Virus record (IMG/VR): IMGVR_UViG_2565956719_000002
From: a virus
Lineage: Duplodnaviria; Heunggongvirae; Uroviricota; Caudoviricetes
DNA: 64,000 nt
Reading direction: 5' to 3' (one strand)
Part shown: positions 51,293-61,849 of the stretch, piece by piece
How the letters are laid out: each line of letters begins with the position of its first letter
Position numbering within the stretch: position 1 is the stretch's first letter
Translations under genes and position numbers: made by a program
Notes under the pieces: model-generated
Databases searched by the model: none
What the model was told of the DNA's origin: nothing
Seen by the model: only the letters and a program-made list of their open reading frames with translations

Positions 51293-52336
51293 TTAACCTA
51301 TTGCTACTGGTTTTAACAAACCAGCATCAAGTAGCTTGCGAGTTAACCACTGCTGGCCTTTACCCGTTAATTGGGGCGTCAGCCGTATCTGGTAGCCATT
51401 TTCATCATCCAGTACCACTTCTTTCACCGTGAAATACCCGGCGTTGATGTACTGTTGGCGCGGTACGTTTTTGCGCGCACCAAAAGCCATGAGAATGCCG
51501 TTCTGGCGCAACCATGAGAAAAGGGCGTTTTGCTTAAGTCCAACGACCTTTGCAAAGTTCCCGATCAGGATTCCATTGGCCACTGATACCCGGTCGGCAA
51601 AATCGACTTTAGGGGCTGCGGCCACCAGCTGTTGTTCCAACTGCATTTTCTGTTCTGCTAACTCGGCAGCCAGGCGTAGGGCTTCTGGTAATGTCTGGGG
51701 GATCGATGGGGTAGGTGAGTTTGCCTGCTGCAATTCTTCCAGTTTGTCGATCAGCGAACGGCGGACGGCTTTTGATTCGCGTGCGGCGACTCGCAGGGCT
51801 TGTTTGTAGGTCATGGTTATGACAACCATAGGCGTACCGCCACCTGGCGGCACGGTTGCACTTTTTGTGTAACCGTCCTCACCTTCTAATTCGTCGAGTA
51901 TTTTTTCGATGAATTTGTTGTTCCGAACCTCTGGTTCCCCACATAACTTACGCGCTTCATTGACCATCTTTAACAGTGTCAGGCTGTCGATTGTGTCTCC
52001 GGTGTTGGGGATGATATTCACGGCTGGTGCTGGCGTAGCTGACGTAACAGGTGCTGTTTTTTCAACATTCAAATTATTACCGGTCATTCTATGTGCCTCC
52101 TTTCTCATTTCTGCTGCCACTGTTGCGTAACGTAGACGTCCTTGTTCAATCAAATAATCCCTGATCTCGGCTATCAGTAGCTTGTTGATCACAGCCTTAT
52201 CTGTTCGGGTATAAAAACGTCTGGTTATCATGAAATAGTTGGCAATTGCGCCGGGGATCTCCCGTGTCGGCATACAGGCAGTATGCAGGGCGATCGCTTC
52301 GGCTATGTCATTACGGGTGACGAGAGGTTTTTTCAT
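51293..52336 (-). CDS. ant: antirepressor Ant, second copy (347 aa)
   Basis: N- and C-terminal thirds about 80-90% identical to 1229-2344; different central domain. Confidence 0.8.
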   Translation of the reverse strand: MKKPLVTRNDIAEAIALHTACMPTREIPGAIANYFMITRRFYTRTDKAVINKLLIAEIRDYLIEQGRLRYATVAAEMRKEAHRMTGNNLNVEKTAPVTSATPAPAVNIIPNTGDTIDSLTLLKMVNEARKLCGEPEVRNNKFIEKILDELEGEDGYTKSATVPPGGGTPMVVITMTYKQALRVAARESKAVRRSLIDKLEELQQANSPTPSIPQTLPEALRLAAELAEQKMQLEQQLVAAAPKVDFADRVSVANGILIGNFAKVVGLKQNALFSWLRQNGILMAFGARKNVPRQQYINAGYFTVKEVVLDDENGYQIRLTPQLTGKGQQWLTRKLLDAGLLKPVAIG

Positions 52337-52554
52337 AAACCCCCCTGAACGTCGGCAGAGAAGGGGAGGCTCCAGTAACTAAGTGGATTGCGCGAGTTAG
52401 TTGAAAAACGGGCAGTAAAAATGCAGGGGCCGTCAGGCAATTGAGAGCGTGCTTCGTCTTCTGTTGCTGCGATAACGAAGTGATAGTGGTGTTTTTTACA
52501 GGAATAGAAACGCCAGATGAATTCTTGGCGTGCGCAAGGATTGGCATTAACCAT
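52333..52554 (-). CDS. icd: Icd-like small protein (73 aa), second copy
   Basis: paralogue of 2341-2562; coupled to ant. Confidence 0.45.
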   Translation of the reverse strand: MVNANPCARQEFIWRFYSCKKHHYHFVIAATEDEARSQLPDGPCIFTARFSTNSRNPLSYWSLPFSADVQGGL

Positions 52555-52624
52555 AGTTACGGCCTCACAATCAGGTTTAACAACCTGCTACCCGCTGTCA
52601 AACAGGTGGCAGGACGTGACAGGG

Positions 52625-52705
52625 TTGACAGACTGGCGATTGTGAAACCAGCAGGCCGAAGCCTCCCCATCACGCCCCACCATAATTTGGGCGTAACGCG
52701 GTTTA
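52625..52705 (-). ncRNA. c4: candidate c4-like structured RNA, second copy (approximate)
   Basis: UUCG hairpin (52653-52664) with conserved flanks matching the copy at 2640-2720. Confidence 0.3.
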
Positions 52706-52868
52706 ACGGACACAAAAATACCGCAATATCGGAAATCTGCGGTTGTCCGCACAATCATTCAGGCTGTCAAACCTGGTCGCAGAATTTGCTACGACGGCGG
52801 AACTATAAGCCTGAACGATTAAAAGGTCAATATGATGCGAAAAGATAGCATTCGTGACTTAAAAATAC

Positions 52869-52885
52869 AAATTTATTAGAGCATT
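52869..52885 (-). promoter_or_regulatory. C1 operator-like site (AATGCTCTAATAAATTT, 16/17)
   Basis: motif upstream of the second ImmI module. Confidence 0.55.
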
Positions 52886-52981
52886 GTTTGTTTAATAAAT
52901 GCACAATTGGATCTAATAACCTCTTTTTTTTAAAGGCGAAAATATGTACCCTAAATGAGTTATAAGGCAGGTGAGGTTATA

Positions 52982-53629
52982 ATGAGAAAACTATTACTAC
53001 CGTTATTATTTATGGCTGGGACTGTTAATGCAGCATCAAGCGTAAAGGAGATTTGTACCGATTATACGAAATACCTTGGGCACGTTTACGGCTTTGCTGT
53101 CAGTCAAGACGAATCCATGCGCAAGAAGTTACTGTCAGATATGAAACGCCTTAAACTTTCTGAAGCGATGGTGCAGCAAGAACTGTATAAAGTCGCAACC
53201 AACGAAAATGCTAAATATCAATATTCTCGCCTGTTAAATCCCGACGCAAACGAGATCAATCGAAGCTCTTTCGATTATATGGTAAAGGCATGCGAAACCG
53301 CTCCTGATTTTGCTATTCCTAGCTGGGGTGTGCTGGTGGCGAGCAATGCCGTTAATAAAGAAGACGTTGGAAGAAATGGCATTGACTCAATCAGAAATGC
53401 CCCTGGAATGCGCCATCAAAACGTGCAGGGTACGCTTGAAGAGCGGGCCAGGGGGCCGGGTACAAACTCCCCAATGGGAAACCTCTCACCAGAGGAATTG
53501 CAAGAGTATAACCAACGGATGGAGCAGTATGAGAAAGCGGCACGCGAACAAATGGAACAACAAAAGAACGGCTCACTTAATACCTTTCAGCAAGGTTTAA
53601 AAGCGCTTAATTTACCATATGAATGGTAA
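52982..53629 (+). CDS. secreted protein (signal peptide MRKLLLPLLFMAGTVNA)
   Basis: signal peptide; start moved to MRKLLL; shares VQGTLEERARG segment with the sit-like protein. Confidence 0.45.
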   Translation: MRKLLLPLLFMAGTVNAASSVKEICTDYTKYLGHVYGFAVSQDESMRKKLLSDMKRLKLSEAMVQQELYKVATNENAKYQYSRLLNPDANEINRSSFDYMVKACETAPDFAIPSWGVLVASNAVNKEDVGRNGIDSIRNAPGMRHQNVQGTLEERARGPGTNSPMGNLSPEELQEYNQRMEQYEKAAREQMEQQKNGSLNTFQQGLKALNLPYEW

Positions 53630-53690
53630 ATATATTATGGATAACCAATTAAAATATTGATAATCGTTAATATCCAAAGGAGATAAATTA

Positions 53691-54167
53691 ATGCGCATCA
53701 AACGATTTTTTCTAATTCTTGCTTTGCTTACTCCATTTTCATCAATGGCAAATGTAAGCAAATGGTCAACCGGCGAGACTCATGGTGTTCGTTCTTATGC
53801 TGTTTCCAGCAAAGATAATTATACGCTTACATTTGAGTGCGATGTTGGATTTAATAATACGGATCCCAATCAAGTAGGAACACGACTACTCACTCTCATG
53901 AAAACAGAACCTGGCGGTGAGTCATTTGATGCTAAAAAAGAACAAATAACGCTGAAAGTTGGTGATGATGAATATCCTATAAGTTCTATCGGTTCCTCTG
54001 TGGGTGATAGTTACTGGTATGGTTTTTGGTCAGATACCCCTGATATGGAAGTAAAAACATTCGATGCATACGTAGACGGAAAAAAAATCGCAACATTTAC
54101 GCTACGTAAGGCCGCAGAGCTTTTCAACGCGGCACCTGAAGATGGCTGCCTGAAGCGCGCAAAATGA
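53691..54167 (+). CDS. secreted protein (158 aa)
   Basis: signal peptide MRIKRFFLILALLTPFSSMA; AGGAGA RBS. Confidence 0.45.
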   Translation: MRIKRFFLILALLTPFSSMANVSKWSTGETHGVRSYAVSSKDNYTLTFECDVGFNNTDPNQVGTRLLTLMKTEPGGESFDAKKEQITLKVGDDEYPISSIGSSVGDSYWYGFWSDTPDMEVKTFDAYVDGKKIATFTLRKAAELFNAAPEDGCLKRAK

Positions 54168-54176
54168 CCTGTCACA

Positions 54177-54195
54177 AATGACTACTCGTAGAATC
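54177..54195 (+). promoter_or_regulatory. candidate late-type promoter AAATGACTACTCGTAGAAT
   Basis: 16/19 identical to 22778-22796; followed by inverted repeat CGTAGAATC...GATTCTACG. Confidence 0.35.
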
Positions 54196-54201
54196 GGTTA
54201 A

Positions 54202-54792
<591 letters not shown>

Positions 54793-54802
54793 GGGGGCTG
54801 AT

Positions 54803-55414
54803 ATGGGGCTTAATGTTGCTTCAGTAAAGTCTTATGTATCTTCGGCATTAACGACGACATTATTTGGCTCCGGCGTTGGTGAGCGGGAAGTTGGCAAGCT
54901 GACGTCAATCATCATGAACAAAATGCTGTTCGCGCAAGGATGGCAGTTCTCTGTCGAAGTTGATGGTCTGGAGGGGGCAGACTTCTTTGCTAAAGACATT
55001 ACCTACCACGATTACAGCATCGAATATGAAACGATTAAAATCGGCGGAGGGAATATCCTTCAGCCAACGGAGCGTTCGCCTGGGCAGATAACAATGATGG
55101 TCAGGGATACCGTTGATGGCCTCGTTTTGGACTGGTTTAAGACGGCAAAAAGTCGGGTGATCAATCCGGACGGTACCGGGAATATACCGTCTAAATATTT
55201 GCTCAATGTGCGTATTTATCGGTTGCTGTCCTCCGGTTTAACCAAACTGGAAAATGAGATGACGGTATTCCCGGTCACTACCGGCGATGTCACCTATGCG
55301 CGGGATCAGGTTACGGAATTTAAGTCATTCCCAATGACCTTCGCGTTGCACAGCACGTTTAACCAATCCTCAAGTTCTTTAGCTTCCCTTCTGGGCTTTA
55401 GTTTTTCGCTTTAA
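54803..55414 (+). CDS. hypothetical tail-module protein (203 aa)
   Basis: ORF in tail operon. Confidence 0.45.
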   Translation: MGLNVASVKSYVSSALTTTLFGSGVGEREVGKLTSIIMNKMLFAQGWQFSVEVDGLEGADFFAKDITYHDYSIEYETIKIGGGNILQPTERSPGQITMMVRDTVDGLVLDWFKTAKSRVINPDGTGNIPSKYLLNVRIYRLLSSGLTKLENEMTVFPVTTGDVTYARDQVTEFKSFPMTFALHSTFNQSSSSLASLLGFSFSL

Positions 55415-55428
55415 ATTAAGGAGCAAGG

Positions 55429-56310
55429 ATGCTTTTACCCCTTTTCCCGCTACCATCGCGGCCAACTGAATTAATCCAGTTCCGTCAGCCAAATATTGCT
55501 GATGCGATGCGTTTCAACTCGATAACACCGGAGGAACAAGAACAGCAGACAACAGCGTATTTAAAAGCCTTGCTGGCTGAAGCTGCGAAACATGATCCAC
55601 TGAAATGGACGGCACAGGACCGGATTACCGCGTTATGGTGGATATTTACTGGCTCCCGCGAAACACCGATCGAGACATTTACCTACACCTGTAAACATTG
55701 CGGTAAAGAGCATTATTACGATTGCGATATGAATGCTCTGGCTGAAGATATCCAGGTCCTGGAAGTGGAACCGTTCATTGACGATATTGAGGTGTCTGTA
55801 GAGGGCGTGCCTTATCAATGGCGTATCGTGCCGCTTGATGGTTGGGCAATGGAAATGCTGGAGATGCGCCGAGCAGCATTGCCACCTGAAGACGACGCGG
55901 AATTCAAAGAAGCGATCGTTGATTTGCGTTTTTGGGAATTCGCTTATCAGTGTGAACTTTATAACGATGTTAGCGGTACTCGTGAAGAGCAGGCTGAGCG
56001 TCGTTATGAAACGATCAAACGGATGGCCATTGATACTGAATTTATGAAGCTGGCGGCACACATCCGGCTGGCTCATGAAAAGCTCGAACATGGTTTACCG
56101 TGCTACATCGATAAAGGCGAAATGCGTCTTCGTCTCCCGCCGCACAAATGCCCAAACCAGGATACAAAGGAGTCCACAGAGGGTGCGTATACCCGTCTGT
56201 GGGTGCCCTTTCGGGCTACCGACTTCATTCCACAGGTGGGGATTGAAAAGCTATCAGACCTTAGTGTCCAACCTGGTTTTGTATGGGGGTATACCGATTC
56301 AGGACGCTGA
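55429..56310 (+). CDS. hypothetical protein upstream of tape measure (293 aa)
   Basis: ORF; 3' end overlapped by an alternate-frame ORF running to 56380. Confidence 0.45.
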   Translation: MLLPLFPLPSRPTELIQFRQPNIADAMRFNSITPEEQEQQTTAYLKALLAEAAKHDPLKWTAQDRITALWWIFTGSRETPIETFTYTCKHCGKEHYYDCDMNALAEDIQVLEVEPFIDDIEVSVEGVPYQWRIVPLDGWAMEMLEMRRAALPPEDDAEFKEAIVDLRFWEFAYQCELYNDVSGTREEQAERRYETIKRMAIDTEFMKLAAHIRLAHEKLEHGLPCYIDKGEMRLRLPPHKCPNQDTKESTEGAYTRLWVPFRATDFIPQVGIEKLSDLSVQPGFVWGYTDSGR

Positions 56311-56391
56311 AAGGCTTACTGAATCCTATGCGTTTTTCCTGTTGGAGAAACTGGAAGAAAAACTTAAACCGAAACGGTAGGCGATAAGATC

Positions 56392-59300
56392 ATGGAAAGA
56401 AAAAACGCCAATATTGACGATGTTATAAGGACAGTTGAAACCGCCAGCGCGAAAGAGCTGGAAGAGCTTGCAGGTATTCGGGAAGCTGTTGAAGATTTGA
56501 AAGGGGAACGAGTTGCAACTGTTGATCCTGTCTCTCGCAGTGTGTCGGCATTAAATCGCACAATCGAAAATTCACGTCCTGACTTTGTGACCAATGTGCC
56601 ATCAGTGGACTCTATTGTTGACGCAATGAAACGGCTTAATTTAGGGGACGTTTCTCGTATACGGGAGGACAAAGTCACTAACCGTGAACAGCAGGCTGCA
56701 CCAACAGCGCACAATCCCCCAAATAGACGAAGAGAGGCAATAACAGAGGATGTTAAAGCACAGCGGTTAGAAACGGTCAAACTCGCTCGTGATTTGAAAG
56801 GGGAACGCGTTGCAACGGTTGACCCAGTATCTCGCAGTGTGTCGGCATTAAATCGAACAATCGAAAATTCCCGGCCAGACTTTGTGGCCAATGCGCCATC
56901 AGTAGACCCTATTGTTGACGCAATGAAACGGCTTAATTTAGGGGACGTTTCTCGTGTAGTTCAGGAGGGCATTGCTCAACAGGAACAGCAGGCCAAATCA
57001 ACTACACCAAAGGGTAAAAAAAGACGCAGGAAGGCTATATCAGAGGATATAAAGGCACAACGGACCGAAGCAGCCGAACACGCTCGCGAAATGTTCGATC
57101 AAAAAGGCGGTGCGCAAAAAAGCCAAAACCAACGCGATGCGCGTGGTCGTTTTATTGGAAAGTCAGGGAGTAAGGCCGCAGCGGAAGATGCCCGTGCTGA
57201 ACGTGCTGAAAAGGCCAGGCGCAAAGAGGATGATGAGCGTCTAAATGCTGAATCAGGTTTATTAAAAAAACTGTCAAAAGTAGCTGAAGGCATAGGTAAC
57301 CCTTCAGAGACTCGTGCCGTCGATGCGTTAGGTTATGCCGTTGCTGGTCCATTGTGGGCAGCAGGGAAGGAGCTTGGCGGGATATCAAAAGAAGTTGGTG
57401 GATCGCTTAATGGCGCCAGAAAGTCTATTGCCGATGTGATTCGTGGCAATGACGATAACAGCCGTAGAAAAGGTTTTTTTAGGCGTAAATCGCAAAATAG
57501 TGCCGATGTCGTTCAGGTTAACACCCAAAAACGGACGGTTCAGGAACTTCAGGATCAGACCAGCGAAATTAAAGAGGGCAATGACAAGATTCTCAGCGCC
57601 CTTGATCAGATAGCCAAAAACACCGGGAAAAAGAAGGGCGGCTTGCTGTCCAAATTATTTAGCCTGTTAGGGAAGGGGGCCGGTGGCGTCGCGTCGTTGT
57701 TAATGGGGCGTGGCATGCTGAAAAAAGCTGGAGCACTCGCTTTTGGCGCTCTGGGGGCAAAGAAACTTGTAGGAATGCTACGCGGTGGTGGCAAGAAGAC
57801 TATCGCCCATGAAGGTGGAGATTTGGCTGCCCGGGCAGCAGGTAAATTTGGATTAAAGGCAGTTGGTAAAGGGGCGTTACGCGCAATTCCCTTAGTCGGC
57901 ACAGTGGCTGGAGGTATTTATGATGCGGTAACCGGTTGGAATGATACAGAAGCGCAACGTCGAGCGTTTGGGCTTAAATCAGGACAAGAGCCATCATTCC
58001 AGCAAAAAGCCGCTTATACGTTAGCTAATGTTCTTGATATGGGGGGACTGGTATCTGGTATTAGCAGCGCCATTGGTGAGGTTCTCAAATCACTTGGATT
58101 TGAGGATATCGGCAATATGTTGCAATCATTTTCGACGGAAAGTATTGCCCTGGCCATTGATAGTGGGATTACCAACTTAGAAACATATATTTCTAACCTT
58201 GGCGACACCATTTCTACCAAGTTCGATGATTACACAGCAAAGATTGGTGATGCTGTTTCAGCATGGTTTAGCGATACATCTAATAAGCTGCTTGAAAAGC
58301 TGGATGCCATCAAAGACTTCTTTACTGTCGATAACCTGAAACAGGTTTTCAGTGATGCAATTGATAGTGCAATTGATTTCATTAAGAACCCAGGGAAACA
58401 CATTAAAGAGGCGGCTGGTAATATTTGGGATGGGGTTAAAAATTTACCAGGTAAAGCATTAGATGCAGCGGTTGATGCCGTTAAAAATACCCCTGCGGCA
58501 ATGATTGTATCAAAAATACCCAATCCGATCGGCGAGGCTAATGCGAAAGAAATCACTCCAGAGTTAAAAGCTCCGGTTAATAGCCACCAGGGGACATCTG
58601 ATTCTAAAACTGAATCCGATGCCAAACAGACTAATATTGCTGCCCGCGTGATAAATGCGGCTCTGGATATGGCGAAAGATAGCAATAAAACAGTTAAAGA
58701 AACTGCTAATCAGATTATCAATGCAAATGCCGTAGAAACAGGAAATAAAGCAGCACAAACAATTGATGCTGCCTTGGGGCAGTCTGCTACAGGTAAGGAG
58801 GAAGCATTAAGTGCATATGAGATAGATAAACGTCGATTTAACAATGGCAAGGATGTTTCTTTGCCAAAATTAAATGCTGCCGGATACCAATGGATTTCTG
58901 ACAATGCCGATTATTTTGATGAGCTTGAACGTAAGTATGGGCTTGAAAAAGGGATTCTGTCAGCAGTTGCATCCGCAGAGTCTAGTGCAGGCCAGAGAAC
59001 TGGAAATCCAGTAGACAAAAACGGGAACAAACTTTCATCTGCCCTTGGGGCTTTTCAGATCACTAAAGGTACAAGGGAGGATCTTGGACTCAGCGATGCT
59101 GATGCCATGGATACACGAAAAGCAGCTGATGGTGCCGCCAGATACCTAAGTATGCTGATGAACCGTTATAACGGTGATCAGGGGCGTGCAATAGCTGCCT
59201 ATCATGCTGGTATGGGGCATGTTGATAAGGGGAGAGTAGTCGCAGGTACCGGCGAATATGTTACTCGTGTCAGAGGGTATCAGCAGATGCTCAATAATGG

Positions 59301-60063
59301 TGCCGTTTATGGCTCTAAGGTAGATCATAGCGCACCAGCAATTTACGAAAAGATACCTGATAACGCCGTTATCGATCAGTCTACTGGCCTGGCGTTTACC
59401 CCTGGTGATAGCCCGTTTGAGAAAGGCGGTCTGGTAGACAAAATCGGCAATGCTGTTGGCGTTAACGATCTGGTCAACAAATTCATGAATGGCCGGGGTA
59501 TGCGTCGGGAAGTCGTTCAGGGAACCCTCGAAGAACGTGCACGAGGAAGGGGAACCGCAACGGCAGCTGGCAATGTGTATGTTGATACACCTATGCCAGT
59601 TGAAGAGGCACGTCCGGTGGCCAACAACTCAAGTTACTTTGACCAGCTCGGCGCACAAATGGGGATTGATGGACTGTATGACAAACTCATTAATGCCCGG
59701 GGAATGCGCTCAAATAATTCTCCTCAACCAGCTTCCACGTCCCAGATGACGACTGTCGCCAACGATTTGCAGCAACCAACCGGTCGTATGCAGATAGACG
59801 GGCAGGTTATTAGTGACCTTGGCGGTTCCGGTGCCAAGCCGACAATGCAGTTGGCTGATAATACCGTTTCACTTGATGGTGAAACGAAGCGGCTGTTTGC
59901 GCAGATGACCTCATTGCTTGCCAGGATTGAAGAGCACACCAAAGACTCGGCGAAAGGCCAGGGAACTGTCGTAAAGGTCAGCACGCCTCAGCCGGGCGTT
60001 ATGCGCACGGTACCACTGTCAATTGATGATCCGTTGATGAATGACTACGCGAGAGTTGATTGA
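56392..60063 (+). CDS. sit: tape-measure-like injection protein with lytic transglycosylase domain (Sit-like, 1223 aa)
   Basis: SLT-type motif AESSAGQ...GAFQITKGT...AAYHAGMG; Gly-rich membrane segment; internal 99-aa tandem repeat. Confidence 0.8.
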   Translation: MERKNANIDDVIRTVETASAKELEELAGIREAVEDLKGERVATVDPVSRSVSALNRTIENSRPDFVTNVPSVDSIVDAMKRLNLGDVSRIREDKVTNREQQAAPTAHNPPNRRREAITEDVKAQRLETVKLARDLKGERVATVDPVSRSVSALNRTIENSRPDFVANAPSVDPIVDAMKRLNLGDVSRVVQEGIAQQEQQAKSTTPKGKKRRRKAISEDIKAQRTEAAEHAREMFDQKGGAQKSQNQRDARGRFIGKSGSKAAAEDARAERAEKARRKEDDERLNAESGLLKKLSKVAEGIGNPSETRAVDALGYAVAGPLWAAGKELGGISKEVGGSLNGARKSIADVIRGNDDNSRRKGFFRRKSQNSADVVQVNTQKRTVQELQDQTSEIKEGNDKILSALDQIAKNTGKKKGGLLSKLFSLLGKGAGGVASLLMGRGMLKKAGALAFGALGAKKLVGMLRGGGKKTIAHEGGDLAARAAGKFGLKAVGKGALRAIPLVGTVAGGIYDAVTGWNDTEAQRRAFGLKSGQEPSFQQKAAYTLANVLDMGGLVSGISSAIGEVLKSLGFEDIGNMLQSFSTESIALAIDSGITNLETYISNLGDTISTKFDDYTAKIGDAVSAWFSDTSNKLLEKLDAIKDFFTVDNLKQVFSDAIDSAIDFIKNPGKHIKEAAGNIWDGVKNLPGKALDAAVDAVKNTPAAMIVSKIPNPIGEANAKEITPELKAPVNSHQGTSDSKTESDAKQTNIAARVINAALDMAKDSNKTVKETANQIINANAVETGNKAAQTIDAALGQSATGKEEALSAYEIDKRRFNNGKDVSLPKLNAAGYQWISDNADYFDELERKYGLEKGILSAVASAESSAGQRTGNPVDKNGNKLSSALGAFQITKGTREDLGLSDADAMDTRKAADGAARYLSMLMNRYNGDQGRAIAAYHAGMGHVDKGRVVAGTGEYVTRVRGYQQMLNNGAVYGSKVDHSAPAIYEKIPDNAVIDQSTGLAFTPGDSPFEKGGLVDKIGNAVGVNDLVNKFMNGRGMRREVVQGTLEERARGRGTATAAGNVYVDTPMPVEEARPVANNSSYFDQLGAQMGIDGLYDKLINARGMRSNNSPQPASTSQMTTVANDLQQPTGRMQIDGQVISDLGGSGAKPTMQLADNTVSLDGETKRLFAQMTSLLARIEEHTKDSAKGQGTVVKVSTPQPGVMRTVPLSIDDPLMNDYARVD

Positions 60064-60419
60064 TGGCCAACAATAACGAAATTGATCCTTTGCTGACGCT
60101 GGAGTTATCCGGCGTAAAAACGTATGAGTCCCAGGAGGAGGCCTGGGGCGCTCGTTTATATGAGTGGCTAAACACTTATCAGGGTGAGGTATACGGAGAT
60201 CCGTCATGGGGCAATGTTTTACCGCTGTTTAAACACGAACCGACCAACTTGTCGCATGTTCAAATTGCGGTTGAGGCAATGCTGTTGCAAAAACTGACGG
60301 TAGATTTACCTGACATACCGATTTCTGGCTTGTCAGTAGCCGAGGGAGATGCTTTTGATAAGTTGAAAATATCCATTCGTATCAGGGATATAACTATCAC
60401 ACAGGACGTGGTGCTATGA
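60060..60419 (+). CDS. baseplate protein, gpW/gp25-like (119 aa)
   Basis: size and position after tape measure; tentative. Confidence 0.4.
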   Translation: MMANNNEIDPLLTLELSGVKTYESQEEAWGARLYEWLNTYQGEVYGDPSWGNVLPLFKHEPTNLSHVQIAVEAMLLQKLTVDLPDIPISGLSVAEGDAFDKLKISIRIRDITITQDVVL

Positions 60420-61849
60420 GTAAAACAACACCGACTAAAGACAGTATTCGTGCAGAGTTTGAAGAGCTTGTCGAGAAAGATTCATTCTGGTCGAAGTTTG
60501 TCGGCTCTCAATTTGTCTCGATGCTGACATTGTTTATTACCCAGATTGTCTACAGGTGCTTTCAGTATGCCGATGCGGCGCTGGCTGAAGGCTTTATATC
60601 GACCGCGACGCGGCGTTCCTCTATCCTGGCAGCGGCAGAAACGAATAGTTACGTTGGTACCAAGCCAACACCGTCATCGGGGATGATTGAGATCACCGCC
60701 ACAAGTGAAGATGCCCCAGCGGTAATCCCCAAAAATATGCCTTTAATATCTGACGACCAGTACCCTTACATGACTATGGATGTATGCAGGTTGGTTGACG
60801 GCACCGGTACGGTAGAAGTGGCACAGTTGGAAATCCAGGAGGTGACATATACCGTTACGGCAGCCAAAGAATTTCTGGAAGTCGTGTTATCAAAGGCTCT
60901 CACTGCTGTCTGCTATAAGCTGGAAGTATTCGTGACGACCGATGGTAAGACCACGCAGTGGTCTTCCAGCACTATGTTCCGGTTAGCCGGTAGTAAAAGC
61001 CAGGTCTACGTTGAGTTTTATAAGCCATCCGAGCAGTTGGGGGTTCGATTCGGTGATGGGCTAATTGGGCAAATACCGCCAGAAGGCTCGACCATTACAC
61101 TTAAGGTATGGTGCACCAACGGAGATATAACCCTGGTTGCTGGCCAAAACCTGACGCCTGTCGATTCTGCGGCTAATTTAGCTAATTTGATTTCAGTTAA
61201 GACAACGACACCCATAACCGCAGGTACCGATGCCGAAACAACGGAGATCACACGTAATCGTGCACAATATTACCTTGCCTATGATGATCAGGTCGTATGG
61301 GGCGGGGACTATACGTATTTTTTGGTGCGTAACATCCCGGGACTGTCCTGGGTAAAGGCATGGGGCGAAGGCCAGCAAGAGAAATTAGATGGTGCTTATA
61401 ATGTTCGGAATATCAATAAGATATTTATTTCAGGATGGCATCCAAACAAAAGCCAGTCAGAGCTTGAAGAAGTGATCCTGGCTGCCTTTAAGAAGGTGCC
61501 GAATGAGTTGAACAAGAAATTCTCGTATAAAGAGGTCAGAAAACTCCCCTTTAAGATCACTATCACTGGGCGGATATCGGCAAGCCTGACCATTGAGAAC
61601 GTGACTGATGAGCTGAAGTCGGCACTGGAAACAAAATTTGGGCGTGACTCAACTTTCTTTGATCCGAACCGTGTCGGCAAGTACATCCTAATCAAGAAAA
61701 AAGACGTTTGGGCATTTATCGAAACGCTGGGTTATTTCCGCGACTTTTATCTGGAATTTGTCGAGTGGAATGAGTCCAACGGCTTTTACGATTTCGTTTA
61801 TCTGGATACAGAAAACTCCACCTTTAATATTTCGTATGAGGAGGAGTGA
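60416..61849 (+). CDS. baseplate wedge protein, gpJ/gp6-like (477 aa)
   Basis: size and synteny; tentative. Confidence 0.4.
   Translation: MSKTTPTKDSIRAEFEELVEKDSFWSKFVGSQFVSMLTLFITQIVYRCFQYADAALAEGFISTATRRSSILAAAETNSYVGTKPTPSSGMIEITATSEDAPAVIPKNMPLISDDQYPYMTMDVCRLVDGTGTVEVAQLEIQEVTYTVTAAKEFLEVVLSKALTAVCYKLEVFVTTDGKTTQWSSSTMFRLAGSKSQVYVEFYKPSEQLGVRFGDGLIGQIPPEGSTITLKVWCTNGDITLVAGQNLTPVDSAANLANLISVKTTTPITAGTDAETTEITRNRAQYYLAYDDQVVWGGDYTYFLVRNIPGLSWVKAWGEGQQEKLDGAYNVRNINKIFISGWHPNKSQSELEEVILAAFKKVPNELNKKFSYKEVRKLPFKITITGRISASLTIENVTDELKSALETKFGRDSTFFDPNRVGKYILIKKKDVWAFIETLGYFRDFYLEFVEWNESNGFYDFVYLDTENSTFNISYEEE

Noticed and set aside
56364-56891. 175-aa minus-strand ORF inside the sit-like gene
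   Set aside because: Antisense to a long, well-supported gene; its internal repetition mirrors the tandem duplication in sit.
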